A stretch of DNA of 64,000 bases from IMG/VR virus record IMGVR_UViG_3300028287_000410, positions 43,763-107,762 of that record. One strand, 5' to 3'. Within the stretch, counting starts at the first letter, position 1; each line of letters begins with the position of its first letter. The DNA is from a virus. The notes under the pieces were generated by a model. It was not told the origin of the DNA. It saw only the letters and a list, made by a program, of their open reading frames with translations, and did not search any database. A program made the translations under genes and the position numbers. This document shows, piece after piece, positions 9,967-20,838 of this stretch.

Positions 9967-10983
9967 TTATCTTTTAGTTTTAGCTGTCTCAATGTCAGCA
10001 ATACAACTGCACCAATCCCATTTACAGACTGTAGGTTCCACTGGGAATAGTATATCATGTGGGAAATCAATATGACCGTGACTACATTCATGATTACAAC
10101 TGCTTCCAGATGTTACATTTCCGTCCATTGTAATCACAATCGTTTCAAGTCCGATATTACATTTCCAACCCTTCCAAGTATTTTTACCTGTGCGCATTAG
10201 TTCGTTTGGTGTTACTTCTACGGTCTCTTTATTATTCTTAAATTTTAACCTTTTAGCAAACATGTTTTTTTGTTCATCGTCTGATAAATTGTTGATTGTC
10301 CAAACAGGTATATCATCAAATTTAAGTATATCGTCTAGATATTCGTTGTCGTATTTGAATGTCTCATGTGAACCTAAAGTCTTGCGTAAAGTTTTAATTA
10401 TCACACTATTGCATTTAGAATTGTTATAAAAATATTCTGCGGCTTCTCTACATTTATCAAGATGTAATGGATAGAGACATACTTGTATCGTATGAAATAC
10501 TCCGTGTTCTCTAAGAATACTTGACACATCACAAATATGATTTATGTCTGCACTTTCTGGGTGATAACTTATAACAATATCATCTAAGAACGGTGACGCT
10601 TTTGCCCACCAATTTAAAGTTCTTGACCCATTAGTTAATACACGAATTCTGTTATCAGGATCATATTCTTTGAGTCTTGAAATGAAAGGTATAAAATCTT
10701 TCCATACAGTTGGCTCACCGCCTAGCAAGTTCCATAACAATTGCTTGCCTAAACTTTTATAATGTATAGTTGCAACTCTGCAAAACTCTAATGCAGTATC
10801 TATGGACTTCCATTGCACACTACCATCATTAGCATAATCGTCACAATATGTACAGCTATAGTTACATACATTTCCCATATTCCAATCAATCGTAACAAAA
10901 TCAACATCGGACGAACTCACTAGTTCGTCATACTGATTAAGTAGACTGGTATCTGGTTCTGTAATAAACTTTATTTCTTGCAT
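9967..10983 (-). CDS. Radical SAM protein with C-terminal Cys-rich domain
   Basis: CNYSCTYC, LGGEPT and LTNG motifs; C-terminal GWKCNIG...SC...CKWDWCSC. Confidence 0.92.
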   Translation of the reverse strand: MQEIKFITEPDTSLLNQYDELVSSSDVDFVTIDWNMGNVCNYSCTYCDDYANDGSVQWKSIDTALEFCRVATIHYKSLGKQLLWNLLGGEPTVWKDFIPFISRLKEYDPDNRIRVLTNGSRTLNWWAKASPFLDDIVISYHPESADINHICDVSSILREHGVFHTIQVCLYPLHLDKCREAAEYFYNNSKCNSVIIKTLRKTLGSHETFKYDNEYLDDILKFDDIPVWTINNLSDDEQKNMFAKRLKFKNNKETVEVTPNELMRTGKNTWKGWKCNIGLETIVITMDGNVTSGSSCNHECSHGHIDFPHDILFPVEPTVCKWDWCSCIADIETAKTKR

Positions 10984-12071
10984 TATTTGAACTGTTCAGC
11001 AAACGCATCAAACTCTTTACCGCACTTTTGAGAACATACCATCGGCTTACCAGTATGTGTATTAGGTTTACCCCAACTGTCAACCAAGTTCTTAGAAAAA
11101 TAATCATTCTCTAGTACTGCTTTAAGGCCATGTGCCTTAGCATCGAATGCATCTTTGCCGCCACTCTGCTGAATTAGTTCCCACACTTGGTTTTGACCAG
11201 GCTTCTGCCACCACTTATACATGTTACCTGCAACCCAACAACAAGGTAGCACAAGACCTTCTGCACTCAAATACATATTCTTTTCTTTAGCAACCTTACA
11301 GCTAATCTCTACATTATCAAAATATTGTTCTAATGAACCATGCTTTTCTTTCAGTTCAGTAATCTTATCTAATGCTTTGTTCTGATACTTAACTTCTTTT
11401 GGCTTCGCAAGTAACTGTTGCTTTTCACCTTTTCGGTTCATAGCTTGATGTTCCTCTTTGCCTGCTACTTTCATAGTAGAAAAGAAACGCCCAGTCTTCT
11501 TTGGAATAAACTTACGAAAGCCTACTTTCTCAGCAAGCGCACGTGCCTCTTCTACTTGATGTTCATTGTGTTCAAAGATTAAGTAATCCCATTCTGCTTT
11601 ACCACCTGCTTCGATAAATGCAAGCGCATTTTCCCAAGCGATATCCCAGTTAACACCCTGACGATATAAGTGATTAGTATCACCTAGTCCGTCAAATGAA
11701 AACTTTAGATAACTCCAGTTACCAAGTGTCTTTGCAAGTTCGCGCCACCAATCGGGCTTCTTAGCGCCTGCATTAGTATTCATACCAAGAGTAAGCTCTT
11801 TCTTACATGAACGGAAATACTGAAATACTTCTAGTGTATCTTTAGCAACGATAGGGTCACCAAAGTTACCACACATATAAATTCTGTCAAGTTGCTTGAC
11901 AAACTCTGGTGGCATAATTCGTCGTACATCTTCAAGCGACAATTCATGCAACCCTAGATTTGGATTGTCTGCTCCGCCATTTTGATTTCTATCACACATA
12001 GGACATGTCGCTTGGCACTTCTCTGTGATTTCTAAATGAACAACTCTTACGTCTTCATATCCGTATATCAT
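10983..12071 (-). CDS. Radical SAM/SPASM-like protein
   Basis: HLEITEKCQATCPMC and GNFGDP motifs; C-terminal C...GLVLPCCW...CSQKCG. Confidence 0.92.
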   Translation of the reverse strand: MIYGYEDVRVVHLEITEKCQATCPMCDRNQNGGADNPNLGLHELSLEDVRRIMPPEFVKQLDRIYMCGNFGDPIVAKDTLEVFQYFRSCKKELTLGMNTNAGAKKPDWWRELAKTLGNWSYLKFSFDGLGDTNHLYRQGVNWDIAWENALAFIEAGGKAEWDYLIFEHNEHQVEEARALAEKVGFRKFIPKKTGRFFSTMKVAGKEEHQAMNRKGEKQQLLAKPKEVKYQNKALDKITELKEKHGSLEQYFDNVEISCKVAKEKNMYLSAEGLVLPCCWVAGNMYKWWQKPGQNQVWELIQQSGGKDAFDAKAHGLKAVLENDYFSKNLVDSWGKPNTHTGKPMVCSQKCGKEFDAFAEQFK

Positions 12072-13266
12072 TGTAATCCTCTTTTATAAAATCCCATATT
12101 TCTGGGACGTAATCCTTAATATGTTGATTTCGAACTTTATCGATAATCTTTGTATGTCTTGCTAAATGAATTGGATCTAATTCGTCTTCGTCTTCATATA
12201 TTTTTTCTAATACAGGCAACACTTTATTTTTAATTTGTGTCCTAGATAAGTCTTCGTGAATATCCATATTCTCTATTAGTTTAATCATAACAGGTATACG
12301 CTTTTTTCGTATAATCTTTGGTATAGATTTACAACTTAATGCTTCTGGATACATCAGTAATTCAGGGCGAATATACACTCCTTTATTATTACTCCATACT
12401 ATAGAATCAATAAGATTGAAAAAGTTGTATGCTTGTATAGTATAGCTTATTTCACCGTACAAAGCAAGGTTGTTATAAGTTATTATATTCTTATTTATTG
12501 ATTTAAATTTTACTGGATGCCTGATGTATTCAACCACCTTATCAATGCCATCGACACTGTAATTAAATGTTATTTGATTGAACTTAGAAATCTTTTCTAT
12601 AAATCTGTTGTTATCATTTGTTAAGTTTGTAGTAAAGTGTATCGGAACATCAAGCATATCACGTTCAATGAGAATGTCAAGAAACTTATCTACTTCTGGC
12701 ATAATAGTTGGTTCACCACCAAGAAACTTAACTCGCTTGCCCTTCTCTGCATTCTCTAATAAGAACTCTATATTCTCTTGTATATCTAATGTGTTTGTAA
12801 CATCGATATTACCAGCGCCCATAATAGATTCCATTATAGCGTTATTCTTTATCTCTTTTTGTAATTGAGAACTACACGCAGGTCCGCACATTCTACATGC
12901 TAGATTACATAAATTACCCGGACGTATATCTAAATCGATAGGAGAACCATACTGATTGCCATTACCTATATTAGGTAAGATATTTTCATCCTGATATAAA
13001 TCGGCAAATCTAGTTCTATCACTTTTTCCGCCACTATCTTCAAGTGAGAAACATTTCACACAAATATCTGGACGTTTGTTATCTAAGAATTCAGTTCTTA
13101 TATTTCTTAGATGCTCATTTGTCCATCTAGTTTTCAAATTAGTTTCAGTATCTGGTGTTGCCACTGAGTGTTCTGTTGTCATACAACATACACGTTCACC
13201 CTCATTGCTATGTACATACATATGTACAAAGGGAGCATAACAGAAATTATTAGGCAACTCAGACAA
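12055..13266 (-). CDS. Radical SAM protein with N-terminal twitch-like domain
   Basis: FCYAPF...RVCC...CVKC, then CNLACRMC, GGEPT, TTN and SVDG. Confidence 0.93.
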   Translation of the reverse strand: MSELPNNFCYAPFVHMYVHSNEGERVCCMTTEHSVATPDTETNLKTRWTNEHLRNIRTEFLDNKRPDICVKCFSLEDSGGKSDRTRFADLYQDENILPNIGNGNQYGSPIDLDIRPGNLCNLACRMCGPACSSQLQKEIKNNAIMESIMGAGNIDVTNTLDIQENIEFLLENAEKGKRVKFLGGEPTIMPEVDKFLDILIERDMLDVPIHFTTNLTNDNNRFIEKISKFNQITFNYSVDGIDKVVEYIRHPVKFKSINKNIITYNNLALYGEISYTIQAYNFFNLIDSIVWSNNKGVYIRPELLMYPEALSCKSIPKIIRKKRIPVMIKLIENMDIHEDLSRTQIKNKVLPVLEKIYEDEDELDPIHLARHTKIIDKVRNQHIKDYVPEIWDFIKEDYNDIRI

Positions 13267-14676
13267 TTATTTTCTCCCGATTACCATATATCTATCATAC
13301 TTTTCCAAGTTAAGTGTGCCTTTGAAGATTATTTCTGAAAGATTTAGTTTTTCTACCCAATCTTTCTCACTTGAAATTACGTTTACAACAGTTTCATCAT
13401 CATGCTCTACAAAGTTATTGTTTTGCATAATGACAAGAGTTCCTTTTGGGATACCAGAGAACCATTCATCAAAATTTTCAATGTGTTCGCAACTAGTATT
13501 TATTACACATGTAGGAGCATCAATCTCATGTAGCGTTTCAGTCCGTTCAAATGTAGTGGCATCGCTGTACTTGTAATGATTGATTGGAAGAGTTTGTGGT
13601 TCATACTTTAATCCACGTACATCATTTACAAAACTCTTAAAGCGCATACCGTCCATGATGTATTCTTTGTTTAGTGTGTCTGCTGGATTATCCGTGCTTG
13701 GGTCCATGTCGAAACTATACACATGTTTGATATTTTTAACTCTTTCAAACAATAATGCGCTCAATACACCATACCAACCTGCACAAACATATACGTTTTC
13801 GCCCAAATCAAGTTCTAGTGCATTTACCATATCAACTAACCAAGCCTTTGAACGCAATTGTCCACGTGAGAATGCATCAGTCAATGCTTGTCCTTCGAAA
13901 CGATTAATCATTTTTTTCATGTTAGTTGGGATAATGAATTTGTTCCCTGTAATGAAATCAACTGTTTCTGCTATCTTCGTTTTCATCAGCGTATTAGATT
14001 TAAGTAAAGCAATCTCTGCACAGTCTGGATTGATAGCTTGTATCACTTTAAACAGCAAGAATAAATCTGGCTCTGCTTCAACTGCAACGATATTCTTTAA
14101 CGCATCTAAGATTTCTTCTGTCGGGTCTGGCAATGAAGATACTAATCTGAATAGAAGCTCTGTCTGTAACATGACGAAACGATTAGTCCCACATGCATTC
14201 TTTAATGCACCAAGTGCCTCACTCTCTCCCAATGCACGTTCAATCACATTGAATAGAACAAAGATGTTATCACGTGAGAATTCGCCGTCGCCACATGTGA
14301 TGTTCTTTAGGTTATCAATGAAGTCTGTTTCATCTGGGTACATGCCATGTAGAACTCTGAATACAAGATATAGCTTTTGTCTGTCTGGTGTGTCAACTGC
14401 CATAAAGTTTCGTAGAGCATCTAGTGCATCATCATCCTGAGAAATAATATTGATTACTTTGAATAGAACAAATACGTTATCATCCTCTGTACGTTCATAC
14501 ACAAGGTTCATTAGCGCACGAATTGTTTCACTGTATTCTCTGCCCAAGAGTACTTGTGCAAGTGTAAAAATACTACTAAGCTCTTCTGTGTTTACTACTC
14601 GTTCTAATTCTTTTATATGAGGGTATGTTTCACCGTATAATAAACTTAGCCTGTCTGCGATTTGATATGGTTTCAT
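13267..14676 (-). CDS. Class I SAM-dependent methyltransferase-like protein with N-terminal helical repeats
   Basis: C-domain VYVCAGWYG...SFDMD...CVINTSCEH. N-domain has ~6 repeats of ALxN...xFxLFxVI. Confidence 0.6.
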   Translation of the reverse strand: MKPYQIADRLSLLYGETYPHIKELERVVNTEELSSIFTLAQVLLGREYSETIRALMNLVYERTEDDNVFVLFKVINIISQDDDALDALRNFMAVDTPDRQKLYLVFRVLHGMYPDETDFIDNLKNITCGDGEFSRDNIFVLFNVIERALGESEALGALKNACGTNRFVMLQTELLFRLVSSLPDPTEEILDALKNIVAVEAEPDLFLLFKVIQAINPDCAEIALLKSNTLMKTKIAETVDFITGNKFIIPTNMKKMINRFEGQALTDAFSRGQLRSKAWLVDMVNALELDLGENVYVCAGWYGVLSALLFERVKNIKHVYSFDMDPSTDNPADTLNKEYIMDGMRFKSFVNDVRGLKYEPQTLPINHYKYSDATTFERTETLHEIDAPTCVINTSCEHIENFDEWFSGIPKGTLVIMQNNNFVEHDDETVVNVISSEKDWVEKLNLSEIIFKGTLNLEKYDRYMVIGRK

Positions 14677-15608
14677 TATCTGTATCCTATCTTTAAGTAG
14701 TATTGTTTTTCACCGTATGTGATAACACCTGTATATAATTCAAAACTCATAGGGAATTGTTTATTGAAGTTTTGTGAACTTGCAAAAGGTTTCGGCACAT
14801 CACCTGTTTCACCAACTAACACAAGTCTACGCATGTCTGGAATCATCTTGTACCAATCTTTATAGTTCTTCAAGTAACTAATATTAGTATTGATTAATGT
14901 TCCGGGTATCTCTACGAATGGATCGCTTAAATCGCCGTTCTGCAATTGTGTGATAAATGTATGCTCATCATATCCGATATTGAATAAGTCCAGTGTTGTT
15001 GCTTTGAAGCGCCAATCTGCTAGTAATTCTTTACTCATCATCTCATCTGCCAGAAATTGACAAACGCCATTAATATCAAATGAACGAATATTTTCAAATC
15101 GTAATCTAGTATCGAATAACATCGCTGGAAGGATCCCCATACCACCACCAAGAACATATATTGCACCAAGATACATTTCACCGAACGCATGTTGCATCTG
15201 TTGTGTAATCCAACTGTACACTTTTGCATTCTCTTTATTAACGAAAGATGAAATATCAACGTTTGGGTATGAGTAAATGATTTCTTTTAGTCTGTCTGTT
15301 AGCTTATCATCAATTGGCGGAGTAATATGAGTCAAGAAGTCCATTGCTTGTCGATAGTTACCCAGTTGCTGTGCCACGTTCTCTTTTGAGTATGTTACTG
15401 CCATATCTTGATAATCATAATCAAGTTTTGCTAACGGCTTTTCACGTCTACGACTAACACGCTTGTAATTGATTGTTTCAGTAATCTCTGGTTCTTCTTC
15501 CAGTTCTTCTTGTTCAATCAAATCTGCTACGCCAACTTCATCATACAATTCATCATTCTTTTTGATGTTTGCCGCTCTGCGATTTCTACGATCACGTATA
15601 TTACTCAT
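14676..15608 (-). CDS. Methyltransferase-like protein, paralog of the C-domain of 13267..14676
   Basis: IYVLGGGMG...RSFDIN...RFKA...LINTN...IG aligns with its neighbour. Likely start 15608 (GAGG RBS). Confidence 0.55.
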   Translation of the reverse strand: MSNIRDRRNRRAANIKKNDELYDEVGVADLIEQEELEEEPEITETINYKRVSRRREKPLAKLDYDYQDMAVTYSKENVAQQLGNYRQAMDFLTHITPPIDDKLTDRLKEIIYSYPNVDISSFVNKENAKVYSWITQQMQHAFGEMYLGAIYVLGGGMGILPAMLFDTRLRFENIRSFDINGVCQFLADEMMSKELLADWRFKATTLDLFNIGYDEHTFITQLQNGDLSDPFVEIPGTLINTNISYLKNYKDWYKMIPDMRRLVLVGETGDVPKPFASSQNFNKQFPMSFELYTGVITYGEKQYYLKIGYR

Positions 15609-18600
15609 TGTTTTGTTCCTCAAATTTTTCTGCTAGCCATTCAAAATCATTAATCTTACCTAGCATTTCATCATTATCTGCATGTTTAGTCCCCCAAGCA
15701 CGTCCAGCATTAGCTCCTGCAATTGCGTATGTTCCGAACTCTCTATCAACTCCTTTAGTACACCATGCTTCTAAGCGTTCATCATCTTCATCTTGCTTAT
15801 TACGATGAATGATACTAGATGCAAGTTTAGTACACTCACGGAAAGCAGACTTCCAAGTATTGAATGGGTCTGTATTGAATGCTGTATAGTTAGCTGGTGT
15901 TGGCATTGGCTTGAACTTCTCAGAGATAGACGTTGTAAAGTCAATACGCCAATCTTTTGCATCACGCAATAACTGTGTTGGGAATAGTTTCAGACCACCA
16001 TAACCATAAATCAAATCATTCACTGGGTTCTTAGACTTCCAAGTATGCACCGTGTCTTCATCCCATACACTTGGGAAGTATTCAAAGTTAAACTCTTCTA
16101 GCAACAATGCATCAGCGTCAATTACATAAAACATGCGAGTGTCAGCTAAGTTTGCGGCTGCTTGGTGAGCATTAAAAATACCTTTAACTCCGTGTACACG
16201 CTTTGCATGTGGTACACGCTCTAATAGTTTAGCATAATGTTCGTCTGCAAGTTTCTCTTGGTAACTCAACATGATAACATCATACGGAATATCTCTTGTT
16301 GCTGCTTTGGCTTTCTTAACTGGTTTCTTATTCTTAAAGTTCATCTTGCGTAACTTATCTGCGTCTGGCTTTAATTCTTTAATAGCACTTGCTGGAATAA
16401 GTTTTAGACCACCGAACTGGTGAATGTATCCTGTATAAGGACTTTCTTTAGGCCATAGATGAAAGTGTGATTTATGGTGACGATCAACATAAAACGTTCT
16501 ATCAAAGTCATCAATCATTTCTACGTCATTGTCTAATGCCCAGAAATAACCAGTCTTTGTCATCTTTGCAGCTTTCTGATATGCTGCTGCTAAATCAGAT
16601 GCATCGATAACATCAATGTTCTTATGTTCTGTGAACTTTGCAGTGTTCTCTGAATACATACCTTCATCAAAATAGAATGCAGGATGCCCAGTAACACGTG
16701 ATGCTACTTGATCTACACGAATGATATTCTTAAATCTATCGAATGAGAAATCATCTTCACTTGGATTGAATTGCTCAAGATGCGGTCTGTGTACAAGATA
16801 TACACCTGCATCTGCTTCGCCTTCACTCTTAAACGCAAATACGTTTTCAATACTATGGATGTCTGGATAGTAGTCAAAATCAAATTCATCTACTAGTTCT
16901 ACAACTGTATCTACAACCCAATAGAATACATGCTTCTTAGCTTGCGTATACGCTTTATATGGGTCACGTGTGTAATACTTTTTGATATTGTGCTTATCTG
17001 GGATACGTGCTACAACTTCATCATGATAGATAACATTCTCTGGATGATAGTCTACGTTAGATAGAGCAAGTCCGCCATGTCCCAACTCTACTCCCTTGCG
17101 AGATGTAAACTTCCAAATATGAGTAGGGCCAGTGTCATACAAGTCTGGATAGAAATCATCAATCGTAGTATCTGTTAATTGTAAGTCCGGGTTAACCATC
17201 CAGAATATGTTAGATGTTGCAAGCGTAACTGCTTCTTCAACTGTACGTGCTTCAATGCGTTCTGGCGAAGTTAGTTTACCGACAACTTGGTCAACATCTT
17301 TTTGTTTGTCTAAGTCTGCATTATACGGCACTAGACGTACACCATTGCGCACTGTCTTACCGCTTGATAATTCTACATCAAAATTATGAATGTATGTTCT
17401 ATCATATAGTGGAGGAATATAGTCTGTTATAGCATCTGATACGTCAGTGTGTACCATCCAAACCATTTCAGTATCACAATTCTTAATGGTGTTCAAATCT
17501 AACAAATCATTTACTATAGCTACATCATAGCGTTCTGGTTTAATTGCGGTTGTCTCTTGATACAATGCTTTGCGTCTGAAGTCGAACCTTTGATATTTTC
17601 GTTCTTCAAACAAATCATAATCTTTTCTAAATAGACCTACCCCATGATATTCTAGTGCATTATCCTCCCAGTCAGTTTTTTGCCACACAACAATCTGTTG
17701 GCGACCTTCTTCTGTCATAGAGAATTCAAACTCGTAATCAAAGTTAAAATCAGTTACCGTTGTATCACTTGTAATTACATAATAGTAGCTGTATGCTGAA
17801 TTCGCTTGTGCATACTCATGTAATTCAACCATTGTATCTACTGATACTTCTTGTATGCGCGAAAATCTTGATCTTAATTCTATAAGATTTTGCTGTCCAA
17901 AGCCACGATCCCAGAAAAAGATATCGTAATCGGGGACTTTTGCTGCTACTATATCGTGGAACTTTAGATTGTATTTGTCATACTCACTAGCAACAAATAC
18001 AACACCTTTTTCAAATATATGTGCGCTTGCTAAATCATACAAGTCAGGATAGAAGTCAAAGTTCTCTACCAATTGGACTGCTAGATCAACAATAACAAAA
18101 GGGTAAGTTTTTAAATTATTCAGTCCGCTCTTCAAGGTACTTGCTTGTACAATCAGTGTTTCTTTTAGTTTGCCGATAACGTCTTGTACATCTTTTTGCT
18201 TATCTGTGTCTGCATGTTTAGGAACAAGACGAATACCATTACGTACTGTCTTGCCATTTGCTGTCTTTACTTGAAAATTATGAATGAACTCACGATCATA
18301 CGAGAACGGATAAAACTCTGTTATGAAATCTTCAACATCTTCGTGTATCAACCAATACATATCTGCATCAACTGAGTGATTTAGATTATGCATATCAGTA
18401 GTACGAATTACAGGGAACTCTAAGTCACGTGCAACGGGATCTTTTTCGTATACTGCTTTGCGCCTAAAGTTAAAGATAGCATACTCACGCTCTTTAAACA
18501 TTGGACCATCTTTAGGAAATAGCCCCACACCATGATACTCTCTGACTAATTCTGTCTTTGGATTTTCTTTCTGCCAGACTACAACTTTTTGATTTTCTTT

Positions 18601-19260
18601 ATCAAGTCCAAATGCAAATGAATAGTCAAAGTCAAATGTATCAAAAATCTCTGTATTTGGATGCACTAGATAATAAAAATCAGTACGTGCTTCTTTACGA
18701 CACAATTCATGCACATCGATATTAGTATCTCCGCGAACTAAGTTTATACCTGGAAAACGTTCTTTTAATTTTTCAAAGTTTGCTTTTCCATAATCTTTCT
18801 CCCAATAAAAGATATCATACGTTTCTGTAGTCGGCTTGTATTCTACTTTATCAGTAGTATGCTCTTTAAAGTCGCCAGTCAAGTAATATGCATCTTGGAT
18901 ATACTGAACTTCTTTATTCTTTACGTCACTTGTTTTGAATAGCTTGACACCAACAACTGAACGAAAGACATTGCGCTCATCTGCATTCCAAACATGTACT
19001 ACATCCTCGTCCCAGCTATCGGTTTGAAAATCGAAATCGAAATCTTCATCGACATATACATCTGGATCAATAATCCAGAAGTGTTTTGTGTTTGTAATAG
19101 AGGCAATTTTACTAATTGCTTTATCAATCTTTGGATCACTCCAATCCTCTAGATTGATTTTAACCATGCGAAAGTTAGGATATTTTTCACGTATCCTATC
19201 TAAACGTTCATTAGTTTCTCTATCTGATTTGTAAGTTAGATAAAAACCGTCGTATGCCAT
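15601..19260 (-). CDS. Multi-repeat glycosyltransferase-like protein (about 10 GT-A-like units)
   Basis: C-terminal unit AHQAAANLADTRMFYVIDADA (DxD)...YGYGGLKLFP...AFREC is homologous to 45162..46139. Nine upstream degenerate copies are visible by eye. Confidence 0.7.
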   Translation of the reverse strand: MAYDGFYLTYKSDRETNERLDRIREKYPNFRMVKINLEDWSDPKIDKAISKIASITNTKHFWIIDPDVYVDEDFDFDFQTDSWDEDVVHVWNADERNVFRSVVGVKLFKTSDVKNKEVQYIQDAYYLTGDFKEHTTDKVEYKPTTETYDIFYWEKDYGKANFEKLKERFPGINLVRGDTNIDVHELCRKEARTDFYYLVHPNTEIFDTFDFDYSFAFGLDKENQKVVVWQKENPKTELVREYHGVGLFPKDGPMFKEREYAIFNFRRKAVYEKDPVARDLEFPVIRTTDMHNLNHSVDADMYWLIHEDVEDFITEFYPFSYDREFIHNFQVKTANGKTVRNGIRLVPKHADTDKQKDVQDVIGKLKETLIVQASTLKSGLNNLKTYPFVIVDLAVQLVENFDFYPDLYDLASAHIFEKGVVFVASEYDKYNLKFHDIVAAKVPDYDIFFWDRGFGQQNLIELRSRFSRIQEVSVDTMVELHEYAQANSAYSYYYVITSDTTVTDFNFDYEFEFSMTEEGRQQIVVWQKTDWEDNALEYHGVGLFRKDYDLFEERKYQRFDFRRKALYQETTAIKPERYDVAIVNDLLDLNTIKNCDTEMVWMVHTDVSDAITDYIPPLYDRTYIHNFDVELSSGKTVRNGVRLVPYNADLDKQKDVDQVVGKLTSPERIEARTVEEAVTLATSNIFWMVNPDLQLTDTTIDDFYPDLYDTGPTHIWKFTSRKGVELGHGGLALSNVDYHPENVIYHDEVVARIPDKHNIKKYYTRDPYKAYTQAKKHVFYWVVDTVVELVDEFDFDYYPDIHSIENVFAFKSEGEADAGVYLVHRPHLEQFNPSEDDFSFDRFKNIIRVDQVASRVTGHPAFYFDEGMYSENTAKFTEHKNIDVIDASDLAAAYQKAAKMTKTGYFWALDNDVEMIDDFDRTFYVDRHHKSHFHLWPKESPYTGYIHQFGGLKLIPASAIKELKPDADKLRKMNFKNKKPVKKAKAATRDIPYDVIMLSYQEKLADEHYAKLLERVPHAKRVHGVKGIFNAHQAAANLADTRMFYVIDADALLLEEFNFEYFPSVWDEDTVHTWKSKNPVNDLIYGYGGLKLFPTQLLRDAKDWRIDFTTSISEKFKPMPTPANYTAFNTDPFNTWKSAFRECTKLASSIIHRNKQDEDDERLEAWCTKGVDREFGTYAIAGANAGRAWGTKHADNDEMLGKINDFEWLAEKFEEQNNE

Positions 19261-19287
19261 ACTTACCCTATAGTTGCAATTTCTTAC

Positions 19288-19316
19288 ATTATAACAGATT
19301 AATCGTCCGTTGTAAA
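19288..19316 (-). promoter_or_regulatory. Sigma70-type promoter for the left modification operon
   Basis: Minus strand TTTACA-17 nt-TATAAT with extended -10 TG, 27 nt upstream of the 19260 start. Confidence 0.7.
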
Positions 19317-20831
19317 GACTTTAATTCCATAATGCTTCGAAAAATCTTCTGCATCTTTAATGTCATTGACAATAGGTTGACCTTTAATGTTCAACGATGT
19401 ATTTACTAAGATTGGACAACCAGTCTTTTCTTTGAACTTAGTTAGCAGTTCGTATAACCCCGGATGTGTTTCTTTGTTTACTGTCTGTACACGTGACGTA
19501 CCGTCTTTGTGTATGATAGCAGGAAACTGTTCTGGATACTTGCACTTGGCAACAAACTGCATGTAAGGACTTGCAGTGATATTCTCTGGCATATCAAAGT
19601 AATCATGTACGTCTTCTTCTAGTATCATAGGAGCAAACGGTCTGAACTTCTGTCTACGTTTGATTTCATTCATTCTGTCTTTGATAGTGTCGCCACGAGG
19701 ATCAGCAGTTAAAGTACGATTGCCTAATGCTCTTGGTCCAAACTCCGCACGTCCATTAGCAATGCCAATGATATCTCCGTTTAGCAATGCTTCTAATGAT
19801 TTCTCTACTGGATACGTACCTTCAATGTTATGACCTAGATATGCAGTCTCCCAGTTAATACGTTCTTTAAAGAACATCTGTGATGCACCAATACAACTAC
19901 CAGCATCACCAGGGTTTGGCATGATCCATACATTATCATAGTTGTGAGTGATGTTGCTGTTAGCACTACAATTAAGTGCGCAACCGCCCATAATAACCAA
20001 GTTCTTACTATCTACTTTTTCTTTAGCATCCTCAATAATAGCAGCAAGCATTTGCTCATATACGTATTGTGTAGCTGCCGCTAAGTCAAACATATCTTGC
20101 TCAGTAGTTAGTTCTGACAAGAACCATTTACAACCACGGTGTAAGTTCTTTTGAAAATTCACTAAGATATAATATTCTAAATTACTATTGTTTAAAATGA
20201 TTTTAAATTCATCGTATATATGTGCGATTAATGACTTGCCATTAACACGTCTGTGTAAGTCGCCATAGGCTGCCATACCCATAAGGATATATTCGTCCTC
20301 TTGTGGCTTTAGACCTAGACGTTGTGTCATTGCACTATAGAATAATCCAACTGAGTTTGGGTAACCTTGACTATATTTTTGTGTTAAATTGTCGCCTTTA
20401 CCTTCCCATATTGTTAATGTCTCATATTCGCCCATACTGTCAATAACAACAACTGCCGCATCATCAAATCCACTAGTAAAGTATCCACTTGCGGCATGCG
20501 TGTAGTGATGCTTTTGATATTTAATTTTGATGCCATCTAATTCTGGAAACTTCTTTAGATAGTTTACTGGCAATTCATCTAAATCAAATGCAAGTGTATA
20601 CTGACCAGCAGTAAATTGTCTAAACTTCTTTAGAATAGGCTTTTCATACCAAGCAATAACATCTGGCTTACCATACGACAAAGCCTCCTGAATAATTTCT
20701 TCATTCAGTAGTGGATCATTTTTAATCTTAGAATAGCGTTCACTATGACTGGCGAAAAGAATTTCACCATCTTTAATAACGCTAACTGCCGCGTCATGAT
20801 TCAGCGCGCCAGATATACCCAGTACAATCAT
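19299..20831 (-). CDS. Carbamoyltransferase (NodU/CmcH/TobZ family)
   Basis: HDAAV...SERYS.IKND, HHYTHAASG, DSMGE, MGMAAYG, GGCALN, GDAG, EFGPRALGNR, FRPFAP, HKDGTSRVQTV and NTSLN motifs. Confidence 0.96.
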   Translation of the reverse strand: MIVLGISGALNHDAAVSVIKDGEILFASHSERYSKIKNDPLLNEEIIQEALSYGKPDVIAWYEKPILKKFRQFTAGQYTLAFDLDELPVNYLKKFPELDGIKIKYQKHHYTHAASGYFTSGFDDAAVVVIDSMGEYETLTIWEGKGDNLTQKYSQGYPNSVGLFYSAMTQRLGLKPQEDEYILMGMAAYGDLHRRVNGKSLIAHIYDEFKIILNNSNLEYYILVNFQKNLHRGCKWFLSELTTEQDMFDLAAATQYVYEQMLAAIIEDAKEKVDSKNLVIMGGCALNCSANSNITHNYDNVWIMPNPGDAGSCIGASQMFFKERINWETAYLGHNIEGTYPVEKSLEALLNGDIIGIANGRAEFGPRALGNRTLTADPRGDTIKDRMNEIKRRQKFRPFAPMILEEDVHDYFDMPENITASPYMQFVAKCKYPEQFPAIIHKDGTSRVQTVNKETHPGLYELLTKFKEKTGCPILVNTSLNIKGQPIVNDIKDAEDFSKHYGIKVFTTDD

Positions 20832-20838
20832 TTAATTC

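Noticed and set aside
13580-14440. 286-aa plus-strand ORF
   Set aside because: Entirely antisense to the MTase-like gene, Ser-rich shadow composition, no motifs.
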